Below, piece after piece: positions 1-10,500 of a stretch of 61,217 nucleotides of DNA (the stretch's first letter is position 1; each line of letters opens with the position of its first letter). This DNA comes from a virus (Duplodnaviria; Caudoviricetes), in the IMG/VR virus record IMGVR_UViG_3300027741_000065, positions 1 to 61,217 of that record. One strand, 5' to 3'. Position numbers and translations under genes: made by a program. A model generated the notes under the pieces. That model was not told the DNA's origin. It made no database searches and saw nothing but the letters and a program-made list of their open reading frames with translations.

Positions 1-148
1 GGAGTCATCTATTACTACGTCGCAGTTTGATATTGGCGACGGGCACAACTTTGCTTTTGTATGGAGGATGTTGCCTGACTTAACATTCCGAGGTTCCACA
101 GATGGGACAACGCCCAGCCTTACCATGCAGCTTCAACCACTGCAAAAC
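1..148. repeat. Terminal overlap copy 1 (circular contig)
   Basis: 1-148 matches 61070-61217 except at 2 positions (13 T/A, 22 G/A). Confidence 0.97.
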
Positions 149-385
149 TCTGGCTCTGGGTACAATGACCCTATATCTATTGGCGGAACCAGCGCGACTG
201 GTACACAAACAGTAACAGCAACTCAAACATATCCTATTGACTTAGATACCTTTACTGGCCAGTTAAACATCCGTGTGCGGGGTCGCCAAATGTCTATGAA
301 AATTTCATGTAACACATTGGGTACACAATGGCAGCTAGGTGCGCCGCGAATTGATATCAGGCCTGATGGCCGCAGGGGTGGGTAA
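2..385 (+). CDS. C-terminal part of the tail/head-stabilisation protein starting at 59355 (spans origin)
   Basis: In frame with ORF 59355 through the terminal overlap; track ORF 68..385 is its last 105 aa. Confidence 0.85.
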   Translation, partial: ESSITTSQFDIGDGHNFAFVWRMLPDLTFRGSTDGTTPSLTMQLQPLQNSGSGYNDPISIGGTSATGTQTVTATQTYPIDLDTFTGQLNIRVRGRQMSMKISCNTLGTQWQLGAPRIDIRPDGRRGG

Positions 386-684
386 TGGCACAGAAAAATG
401 TAGTAGCTCCACGGCTACCCAACCCAACACCTGATTACGATTTCACCATGATGAATCAGCTTTTGAGTGTGCTGCGCTTGTACTTTAATCAGTTAGACAA
501 TGCAGGTCCTATAGCAGCATCATCTCAGTTTAATGGTACAGACGTTGTTGCGGGTCTTAGCTTTCCGCCAACTGGGAATACTACAACTCCAAGTTTGCCA
601 ACCCAAGCCAATTTAGCCAACCTACGTGTCGGGGACATTTACTACGACACCTCAGCAAGTAACGTACTGAAAGTGAAGGTGTAG
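385..684 (+). CDS. Small virion-associated protein
   Basis: TAATG coupling to upstream gene; position in tail module; VGDIYYDT..VLKVK ending. Confidence 0.6.
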   Translation: MAQKNVVAPRLPNPTPDYDFTMMNQLLSVLRLYFNQLDNAGPIAASSQFNGTDVVAGLSFPPTGNTTTPSLPTQANLANLRVGDIYYDTSASNVLKVKV

Positions 685-685
685 T

Positions 686-2056
686 ATGCCAAGAGATATA
701 GATAGCGGTTTTGATGAACTTGGATTTGCAACAACCCCACAAGCTGTTATGCCAACGGCTCAGGAGCGTGGGCAAGCCGCATTGGATGCTCTTCCTCAGC
801 ACATTAAAGATGCAATAGCTTCTGGAAAATTGACGCCAAGTTATGAATCGGTGCGCGTTAGAGATGGTCGCGGGGGTGAGGGGTACGAGGCAAACGGAGA
901 CCTCCGAGGGTTTACTTCCCTTGACCCAAACGACATTGAAACTAGCTACGATCTTGCAGGAAACGTAACCGGGACAAGGCAGGTTGACCGTACTGGAGGA
1001 TGGATAGGAAGACTTACTCCCGGGCTAACAATGGCTGCGCTTGCGGCTATGGGTGGAGCAGGTATTTCCAACCTTCTCGGGGCGGGCGCTGGAGCCGGTA
1101 CTGCGGCAGGAGGTGAGGGAGTTGCTTCATTGTTTGGGGGGTATCCAAGTTTGGAAGCGTCAGAAATGGCGGCATATACAAATGCAACTGGAGCTGGCGC
1201 CGGTTTAAATGCGGCCGCTGGACTTGCACCTGCAAGTGCTGCATTGGCGCCACACTTAACGCCCGCTGCTATTGAATCCTTAATGGGTTCCGCTGGATAC
1301 GGAGCAAATTCTGCAGCCTTGGCTGCGGCTCCAATTTTAGGAGCAGATGCCGCCCTTATTGGATCTGGAGCAGCTATTGGTGCATCAGCCATCCCAGCCG
1401 CTCTTGGTGCATCAGCTATCCCGGCTGCAGGATCTGCTCTTAGTGCAACAGAGGCAGCAAAAGCAGCAGCTGCAAAAAGTTTACTGGGTGGAAATAAAAG
1501 TTCTTTTGGCGCTATTGGTGGCGGTCTTGGGCTTGCCGCCCTACTTGCATCTATGAACAAGAAAAGTGGTACAGATGATTCTTACAAGGGAACCATCCCA
1601 GAATACACAGCATCCAGAACACAGACGCCAACCAGTGAAACTAGACAAGGTATCAATGGAGCGCCCTATCGTCCTGGCCAGGGTGGTGTTACTTACTTTA
1701 GCCCGACAACCTATACGCCCAAAGCGGCTGGTGGCGGGTTGATGGGTCTTGCCAATGGAGGGGTAACTCCAGGACAATACAACCTAGGATCTTATTCTGA
1801 TGGTGGCCGTCTTTTAAAAGGACCTGGGGATGGTGTATCCGACTCCATACCTGCAGTCATTGGTCAGAAACAACCAGCCAGATTAGCAACGGGAGAATTC
1901 GTTATCCCGGCCCGAATTGTTTCGGAGCTAGGCAATGGGTCTACAGATGCTGGCGCTAAAAGACTTTATGAGATGATGAATAGAATACAGCAAACCCGTC
2001 GCAAGACTAAAAATGTTGCCGCTAACACGAATGCGGCCAAGTACCTACCCGCTTAA
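686..2056 (+). CDS. Putative internal virion (ejection) protein
   Basis: Ala/Gly-rich, C-terminal GPGDGVSDSIPA..RLATGEFVIPA block; first of four increasingly large genes after the stabilisation gene. Confidence 0.6.
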   Translation: MPRDIDSGFDELGFATTPQAVMPTAQERGQAALDALPQHIKDAIASGKLTPSYESVRVRDGRGGEGYEANGDLRGFTSLDPNDIETSYDLAGNVTGTRQVDRTGGWIGRLTPGLTMAALAAMGGAGISNLLGAGAGAGTAAGGEGVASLFGGYPSLEASEMAAYTNATGAGAGLNAAAGLAPASAALAPHLTPAAIESLMGSAGYGANSAALAAAPILGADAALIGSGAAIGASAIPAALGASAIPAAGSALSATEAAKAAAAKSLLGGNKSSFGAIGGGLGLAALLASMNKKSGTDDSYKGTIPEYTASRTQTPTSETRQGINGAPYRPGQGGVTYFSPTTYTPKAAGGGLMGLANGGVTPGQYNLGSYSDGGRLLKGPGDGVSDSIPAVIGQKQPARLATGEFVIPARIVSELGNGSTDAGAKRLYEMMNRIQQTRRKTKNVAANTNAAKYLPA

Positions 2057-2064
2057 GGAAAATC

Positions 2065-2958
2065 ATGGCCGACCAACCCGCTCTCACTAATAACCTGACA
2101 ACTGGCGGAACTAACTCCCAGGGGCTCGCGTCCTGGGCTGCTCCATATGTTACAGATATGCTTGCCAAAAGTAAGGCAACTGCTGGAGAGGGCTATAAAA
2201 CATACGGAGGCCCACTAACGGCTGGGGCTTCTGATTTACAGAATAAAGTTTTTCAGGGAATTGGTTCTCTTAACTTTCCTGGAAATCTTGGAAAAAGTTT
2301 TAGTTCTTCTGGCGCATATCAGTTGCCACAAGTTGGTGCTGACGGAACTATTAGTGGAAGCTCTGGAGATCCCGGCATAGCTAGTCAATACATGAACCCG
2401 TATTTGATGTCGGTTCTAGGCCCACAGTTAGATGAACTTCGCCGCCAATCTCAAATTACACAGATGGGCAACAATGCCAAATCAACACAATTGGGTGCTT
2501 TTGGTGGAGCAAGACAAGCAATTACGGATTCCGAAACCAATCGCAACCTAATGCAAGAACAGAATAAAACTGTTGGTCAGGGCTATTCCAATGCCTTTGA
2601 TAAAGCTATGGGTCAGTTTAATACTGAGCAAAATCAAGCAAAAACCTTGGTCGACCTTATGGCTGAGCAAGGAAAAAATCAACGTACAATTGAATCGGAA
2701 GGAATTGCTGCGGATAAAACTGAGTTTGAAAAACAACGCGACTATCCCAAAGAGCAATTAAAGTTTGAAAAAGATATGTTGGCAAATTTACCAATGTCAG
2801 CAGTTACAAATACCCCGGGAGCACAAACTGATTTGGGAAATTTGCTTTCTATTCTTGGTGGCGGAATGAAATTATCGGAAGCAGGCGGATACGCCAATAT
2901 TGGAGATCTGCTCAAAGATCTTTACGGCGGCGCAAAAAACATTTTTAGCGGGCCTTAA
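2065..2958 (+). CDS. Putative DNA ejection/pilot protein
   Basis: QYMNPY..GAFGGARQ motif, Gln-rich coiled coil, AAGGA RBS. Confidence 0.6.
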   Translation: MADQPALTNNLTTGGTNSQGLASWAAPYVTDMLAKSKATAGEGYKTYGGPLTAGASDLQNKVFQGIGSLNFPGNLGKSFSSSGAYQLPQVGADGTISGSSGDPGIASQYMNPYLMSVLGPQLDELRRQSQITQMGNNAKSTQLGAFGGARQAITDSETNRNLMQEQNKTVGQGYSNAFDKAMGQFNTEQNQAKTLVDLMAEQGKNQRTIESEGIAADKTEFEKQRDYPKEQLKFEKDMLANLPMSAVTNTPGAQTDLGNLLSILGGGMKLSEAGGYANIGDLLKDLYGGAKNIFSGP

Positions 2959-2967
2959 GGAAAAAAA

Positions 2968-4506
2968 ATGAATCTTATTCAAATTCAGGAGCATCTAAAA
3001 GATCTTCCTACTCAGGCAATCATGGGATATGCCAATGGGCAAAATCCAGAGGTTCCTCCTTACATGGCGTTGAGCGAGCTAAACCGCCGCAAGTCTATGG
3101 AGCAGCGGGCCGCGCAGCAACCTACTCAGTCTGTTAAAGATAAGCTTGAATCCCAAGTAAGCCAAGCCCCTCAAGGGCCTCAAGGAATTGCTCAGCTTCC
3201 TCAAGCTATGCCGCCCCAAGGACCGGAGCAAGGTTTGCCCCAAGGTTTGCCCCAAATGCCCCAGGGTGTTCCAGGCATGGCTGATGTTGGCTTGGCTGGG
3301 CTACCGGTTTCCGATGACATGTTCAATTACGCTCCCGGTGGGATAGTTGCATTTGCCAATGAGGAAAATGATCAAGTTGTTCCCGAGGAAAATATGGATG
3401 GCGGAGGGGATAGCAATGAGGGCGAAAAAGAAGCAATGGCAGGGGTGAGGAGTATTGCAAAACCAGCGTTTCCAGTTTTAAGCATGGAGGATGCGGCTAA
3501 AGAAATTATGCGCAAACGAATTGCTGGTGAAACAGACATCCCAGAGGTTATAAGCCCAGCTGATGCAAGAGCAGCGGCTATAAAACAAAACCCCAAACTA
3601 GCACCAATCTTGAACTCCCTTCCTGGGGAGGCGATTGAGGGTCTTATCAAAAATCTTGCAACGCGGAACCAAGCCTCGCAAGATAAATTTAAAGAGAACG
3701 AAGGACGGCTGGGGCTTGCCGGCTTGTCCAATGCCTTGATTGCTGCAGGAGAAGCTACGCGAGGCCACAAAGGCTTGGCTCTTGGAGAAGCTTTGGGCGG
3801 CTTTGGTAAATCCTATGGTAGGTACACCGAAGAATCAGTCAAGCGTGATGAGGCGCAACAAGCTCTTCAGCGCCAATACGAAATTGAAACAGCCAAGCTA
3901 CAGAGCGACGTTCAAAGCTTACAGAGAGCTTACGCTAACAATGACGTTAATGCTATTGCTCAATACAGCAAAGATGTTGCAGATAGAAAAGCTAAGATTG
4001 AAGCAATTCAAGGAACTGCAGCATCTAACGGTCTTGATATTGGAATTAAAGAGCAAAATCTTGCGGCGACTATTGCGCATCAGAAAGCTCAGAACGCTAT
4101 GTCTCAAGCCCAACTTGAAGAGTCAAGGCGTCACCATAAAGGGCAAGAACAAGAATGGGCTAATGCCAAAGCTAATCGTGCAGAACAATTGCAAATTATG
4201 AAAGATAGCAGGCCCACAGCTGAAAGCAGAGAGATTGACAGAATAAATCAAACAATTGGTCAAAGAGTTAGAAGTCTAGAAGCAAGACAAAAAGACATTG
4301 AGTTTGGTAGTGATGAGTGGAATAAAATTCAGGATGTAATTGATGACACATTTGAGCAAGCTTATAGGGCTCATAAAATAGAACCGCCACCCAGAATCCC
4401 AAGGCCAAAGATTGATGAGCCAGAAAAGAAGCCTGGATTTTTTAGTGGCCTATTTGGTAGCTCCCCTGCTCCAAAAGCTGTATCATTCGACCAGCTTCCA
4501 AAATAA
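2968..4506 (+). CDS. Putative internal virion (ejection) protein, coiled-coil
   Basis: AAGGA RBS; Q/P-rich N-terminus, YAPGGIVAF motif, long helical region. Confidence 0.6.
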   Translation: MNLIQIQEHLKDLPTQAIMGYANGQNPEVPPYMALSELNRRKSMEQRAAQQPTQSVKDKLESQVSQAPQGPQGIAQLPQAMPPQGPEQGLPQGLPQMPQGVPGMADVGLAGLPVSDDMFNYAPGGIVAFANEENDQVVPEENMDGGGDSNEGEKEAMAGVRSIAKPAFPVLSMEDAAKEIMRKRIAGETDIPEVISPADARAAAIKQNPKLAPILNSLPGEAIEGLIKNLATRNQASQDKFKENEGRLGLAGLSNALIAAGEATRGHKGLALGEALGGFGKSYGRYTEESVKRDEAQQALQRQYEIETAKLQSDVQSLQRAYANNDVNAIAQYSKDVADRKAKIEAIQGTAASNGLDIGIKEQNLAATIAHQKAQNAMSQAQLEESRRHHKGQEQEWANAKANRAEQLQIMKDSRPTAESREIDRINQTIGQRVRSLEARQKDIEFGSDEWNKIQDVIDDTFEQAYRAHKIEPPPRIPRPKIDEPEKKPGFFSGLFGSSPAPKAVSFDQLPK

Positions 4507-4515
4507 GGGGTTAAC

Positions 4516-7500
4516 ATGGATGTATTGATGCCAGATGGTACTACCATCACTGGTGTACCGGAGGGTATAACTCAATCAGAATTGCTTGCAAGATACAACA
4601 AGTTAGTTCCATCTACTGAAAGCGCAGTAGAACCATCCGAAGTCCAGCCACAAACTGGACTCTCCGCCTTTGCTCCATCCGTAATGCGTGGTGGGCGTGG
4701 ATTGGTTTCTCTCATGGGTGATGTTGCTCCAGCAATGATTGCCAAAGCTGTAGGTGCGAATGACTATGCCAAGCAGCAGATGAAAGAAGCTGCCGCATAT
4801 CAAAAAGAAACAGAAGCTTTATATCCATCTGCTGTACCATCGTTTACCAACATCAAGGGTGTTGGCGATGCATTAACTTACATTGTTGAAGCGGTGGGTG
4901 AGGCTATTCCCACCCTTATACCAAGTTTGTTTACTGGCGGCGCAGCAGCAGTTGCTGGCCGTGGTGCAGTTGCAGCAGCTAGAGTTGCAGCAGAGAAAGC
5001 AGCGGCTACAAGCATGGCTTCTGGCGTAACCGCTGAAGCTGCAAAAGAGATTGCTCTTAAAGCCGGTGTTAATGCCGCTAAACGTGAGGCGTTAAAGTAT
5101 GAGATAGCTGGATCATTGGTTGGTTCAGCAGCGCAAAACGTCCCAGATGTGTACCAAGGATTGTACGAAAAAGGTTACGACAACCTTCCGGCTGCATTGT
5201 TATTTGGTGGATTTAATACCGTATTGGATGCTGTTACTCCAATCAACTTATTGCGCAAATCCAAGTTGTCTGGCATCCCAGAGAATGAAATTATTGGCGC
5301 TTGGTACAAACGTGCAGGTAAGGGCGCACTCGAAGGAATGGTTTCCGAGGGCGTCACTGAGTCAATTCAAGAGATGTCAAGTGCAGCAGCTGAAAAGTTT
5401 GTTGACAGCAACAATGACTTCTTTACACCGCAAAACTTTGAGCGGTTTATCAATGCTGGACTCAAGGGTGGTCTTGGCGGCGCTGGTATTTCTGCGGCTA
5501 CTAACGTGGCGTTTGGCCGTAAAGAGGAGGAAGTCCCCCCTTCTCCATTGGCTGCTGTACCTCCATCCAATAGTCCAATTGTTGGAACTACAAAAGTAAA
5601 TGTTGGAGGGAAGGAAAGCATTAAAGTTGTCAGGCAAGATGGAAGCGTAGACATTGACGGCGTTCAAGTCACACCGCCAACTGCTGGTATTGCTACGCTA
5701 CCAACCCAACCTGGCGATCAAGCAATAGTTACGACTGCACCAACTCAAGAAGGTCAAGGCATAACTACACTTGTTCCCCCGGTCCAACAAGATATCACAG
5801 GCGAAGAATCTCAGGACCAACAGCAACTAATTGATGAAGCCAATCAAATTCTTGGTACGCCTACTGTAACACCCGTTACTGTTGGGCAAACACCAGACAT
5901 CATAGATCTCCTGCCCAAAGAACCAAAAGGAACTACTAGTGGCCCTAAAACCATTGAAACCCAGCAAACAACGCCGCAAGAACAACAAGCGCCCACAGCC
6001 CCTGTAACCTGGGAAACAATTCAGCCCGGACAAGATATAACTCTTTATCGTGGTGAGAATAAAGAGAACCTAAAAGAAGGTGAATGGTGGACAACAGATA
6101 AAGCCAAAGCGGAAAAATTTGGTGAAGTAACAGAAGTAACTTTACCTGCTGATATAGTTGGAAAGCATTCTGTTCAGGGTCATGGCGGGCCTGATGAGTT
6201 TGTATTCCCCACTCCAGGAAGCCGCCCAACTGACTTGGCTAAAAAGCCTGAAGTAACTGCGCCCCCTGCAATCACAGGAGGTCCATCTACGCCTAAAGGT
6301 CCGGTTGCTCCAGTAGAAAAACCTGTGGAAGTTGCACCTACTCCTGAGCCTACTGCAACAGAAGAAAAGCCAACCAACATTGATGAAGTTATAAGGTCAT
6401 ATCGTGATGACCCAGATGTTGCTGCTGGTGTGATTGCAAATGATTTAGTTGGGCAAACACATTTAACTGCTGAAGTAAGGCAGATTGCAAAAACCTATTT
6501 AACAGATGGTGAAGATGCTGGGCGTACACAATTTAAAGAAAGTGTGCAAGACCCTGATAGTGGTTTTGGTCTTTTAGGTTTAACGCAACCGGAAATGGAT
6601 GCGTACTTTGATGAGATGGATCAATATTTAACCGAGAGATCCAAAATTTTTAGGGCAGAGCCTGCACAGAGTGCTGCATTGCCTCAACTCCCAGCCGGGG
6701 AAACCAAGCCCGTAGAAGGTGAAGCTGCACCTACTGGCGGTCCTACTGCACCAACTGGTGAAACTAAACCTGTAGAAGGTGAAGCTGCTCCTACGGGAGG
6801 CCCTGCTGCGCCCGCCGGTCCAGCCAAACCTCCAAAGGTAAAGCTTACTGATGAGGAAAAGGCCAAGGCTGCGGAAGAAAAGAAGGCGGCTGATGAAGCA
6901 AAGGCCAAGGCTGCGGAAGAAAAGAAGGCGGCTGATGAAGCAAAGGCCAAGGCTGCAGAAGAAAAAGCTGCTGCTGACAAAGCGGCTGAAGAGCAAAAGA
7001 AAAAGTTGGAAGAGTTCAACAAGCAGCCAATGAAGGTTGCAATGGATGAAGGTAACGCTGATACAGTTGCTTCTCTTCTATATGGTAAGTCTGTACCTCC
7101 AGAACTTCATCCTATTATTCTTTCAGAAGGATTGATCCGTATTCCTGTAAATATGGATGAAGTTGAAAAAATTGAGTCTGCTTTAGTTAAGTATGGTTTT
7201 ACGATTACAGGGCGCGATGTTCCTGCTACTACAGATGATCCTGCTTACCAAGGTCCAGAGCGATTAACTATATCTGCGTTATACAAACCAGAAAAAACAA
7301 GCATTGAAGGTGGCGGTGCTGAATTTGGTGGAAACCGTAAAGGCAAGCCAAAAAATGTTCAGCCAATAACAAAAGACGCTACAGACGGTCAGATCAACAA
7401 GATGCTGGCCGCTGTAAGTAAAGAAGAGTTGCTAGATGTCACATCAAACCCAAACAGTTCGTTTGGCGCAATGATGTTCAAGGAAGGTATTGTCAGCTAC

Positions 7501-10500
7501 ATCTTGTCACCAGTTGATTACATGCTTAAAGAATTAAAAGCATCAACTAGTCTTTATATTAATAGCCAAATGGGTGGGAAGCAAGCTATTAAGTTGGCCT
7601 TGCAACGTGGAATGGAAACGCAAGTACAAACTCTACTGCAACAATATGCAGATAGTTTGACTGACCTTCAGAAAATTTTTGATTCCAATCCGCGCATAGC
7701 TGATTTGTCTCTTGCTTTAAAAGATAAATACATCAAAGATGAGTTTGTTAGAGAGGCAATAAAAAAATATACAGACGACGGATTAAAACTGCGATCCACA
7801 TTTGAAGAAAAATTTAAAAATTTTACGCAAGTTTTTTCAAATTTGTATCAGTTGTTTGCTGGTAATGAAGACTCAACAGACCAGACTAACCGCATAGTTA
7901 AAAAAGAAACTGAAGTACCGCCAGAGCTTGGCAACATCATCCGCCGTGGTATGCGTGATCACCGCCAAGGCCGTAACGTAGATGTTGAAGACTTTGTAAA
8001 AACCTTTGGGCTTTTCCCAGGTGGCGTTGACTTTGGTAACTGGGTCAATCAATCTGAGCGTGCGGCTCACTTAAACGCTATCTATGATGCCATGTACGAC
8101 ATGGCTGATTTGTCTGGCATTTCTCCAAAGATGCTTGGATTAGACCAAAAGTTAAAAATAGCTATTGGAGCGCAAGGTAGAGGCGGTAAAACTGCAGCTC
8201 ATTACATACCAAAGCTCAATGAAATCAACCTTACTAAAACTAAGGGAGATGGAACTTTGGGCCATGAGTGGCATCACGGCTTAGACCATAACTTGCGATT
8301 GACAACCAACGGCAAAATATTGATGGCCGATACAGTTGTTATGCTTAAAGGCATGATGGACGTTGATAGGGTTGAAAACAATCTTCGTAGTATTTTGCGA
8401 GATGCTGCTAATACTGCAGACAACCGTAACCTTCCGCCAAAGAAAGCAATGTTTGCTGCCGTTACACAGGGCAGATACGACCAGCAACCTTCTATTTATC
8501 AAAATTCAAACGAGCCAACTAAATTTTACAAAGATGCTCGCAATTTAGATGATGGCGCATCACCTCCTTATTGGAGTTCAGATACGGAGATGTTATCTCG
8601 TGGATTTGAGTCCATGTTGTTTGATGCATCTAAAGGTGGAAGCCCGTACCTTGTTGGCCCAGATAGGGCTGATGGTTACATATCTCCAAAAAATGGATAT
8701 GCAGGAACCTCTTATCCAACTGGTAAAGAGCGCCCAAATATTAATGAAGTGTTTAAGCAGATGCTTGAACAGATTGACCCAGAAACACTGGAAGTCAAGA
8801 CTTACAAAATGGAAACAAAAATTGTTTACATTGAAGATCTTGGCTATGCTGTTTTGGATCAATACAACCTTAGCACAGGCGGCGATGGAACATTAATTTG
8901 GTACAAAGACGAAAAACAAGCAGAACATATTAAATCATCTCGCAATGGAAATGATAGAGCTTTAACTCCATACAGGATACAGATTGGTAAAGTTAATAGT
9001 CGCATCCTGGATATCTCTAAGCGTGTTGACGCAATCATGGAAGAGATGGGTCTGTTTAAGTGGCCTGAGATTAAGAACGGATCAATGGCTGAGTCCATGT
9101 TCTATCACATGCGCCAAGGCTGGTGGCCCAAGAACAACCGAGAGCTGGCTGAATACGGCATTAAAGCTTACCTTCAAAAGCCCGAGCTGCTTGGATTTAA
9201 TCCGGCTAAAGATCAAAGCGAGATTGACAAATACAAAATTTCAGACTTTGAAGGTGACCGGGTAAAACTTAAGCAAACTCAGGAAGATTTTGAGGCTGCA
9301 GCTGCTAGGTATATAGGCCAAATTATCACCGACATGCGAGCTTCTGGTTCTGACACCAAAGCCATCTACGATTACATTGTTAACCTGTATCAAAACCAGC
9401 CAACGCTGGATGTTCAGTCTGTCCTAAGCAAGACTAACAACGCCTACTCCACACCTCTACCTATTGCATTCCTGGCTGGTATGTTGGCTCGTATCAAGTC
9501 AACAACTACCGTATTTGATCCCACTGGCGGCAATGGAATGTTGGTGGTTGCAGCCAACCCACAAAATGTAACAACGATAGAGTTGGATCCTCATCGCGCT
9601 AATAACATGGAGCTGATGCAAATTGGCAATGTTATTCAAGGAGACACTACTGAGGAAGTAAAAAAACTTAGAGACCAAGAGGTTGATGTTGTTTTAGCCA
9701 ATCCACCATTTGGCGCTCTTTCTACTCCGGTAAAAGTACCATCTTGGACGGGGCAGGATTACAGAATTGGTACTTTAGATCAGTTGATTGCAGCTGAATC
9801 TTTACGCACTATGGCTAACAATGGTCATGCCATATTGATACTTGGAGCGCATCCAAAGCCAGGTACTGTAACTTCAACAGACCGAGTGTTCTTGAATTGG
9901 CTCTACGGTAACTATAACGTAGCAGATCATTTTGAAATTGCTGGTAATTTATATCGTAAACAAGGTGCGTCTTGGCCGTTGCGCTTCTTGGTTATTGCCG
10001 GTAGAAACCAAACGGAAAATGCTTATCCAATTGACTTTACTGTTGATCGGATAACTTCATTTGATGAACTTTGGAGTAGATATGTTCAAGCCAGTGATCG
10101 TAGCGAAAAAGTCGTGGTGGGTACCGGAAAAAAACAGCAGCCTGCTGGCGGTGCAAATCAACAGCCCGGAGGAGTACCAACAGGCAATACGTCAGAAGAT
10201 GGAGAGCTTGGCGGAGGAGTTGGGGCTGGAGAGGGCGCTGGCAACGGCGAACCACTATCTCCAACAGGAGGGGGCACGGGCACTTCCGGAGCCGGGGGAC
10301 GAGGAACAGCTGGTGGAAATGGTACTGGAGAACAACAGCCGCCTAATGGAAAAGGTAAACGAGGGGGATCCAGCGATAGCGAAACCGGCGGAACCGGAGG
10401 ACGCACAGGTAGCAGTGAAAAATCAGGAGATGAACTGGGAGGACTTTCTGACCTAGACCTAGATGACATCTTTGACAATCTAGGTAAGCCAGAAAAGCCA

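Noticed and set aside
1-148. Biological direct terminal repeat
   Set aside because: It falls mid-gene with the frame continuing across it, which fits assembly circularity better.
946-1560. Long antisense ORFs (also 10158-10748, 55102-55827, 51904-52518)
   Set aside because: They mirror Ala/Gly/Thr-rich sense genes and have no RBS or recognisable motifs.
6628-7033. Alternative-frame and antisense ORFs over the KAKAAEE repeats
   Set aside because: They are shadows of low-complexity tandem repeats.
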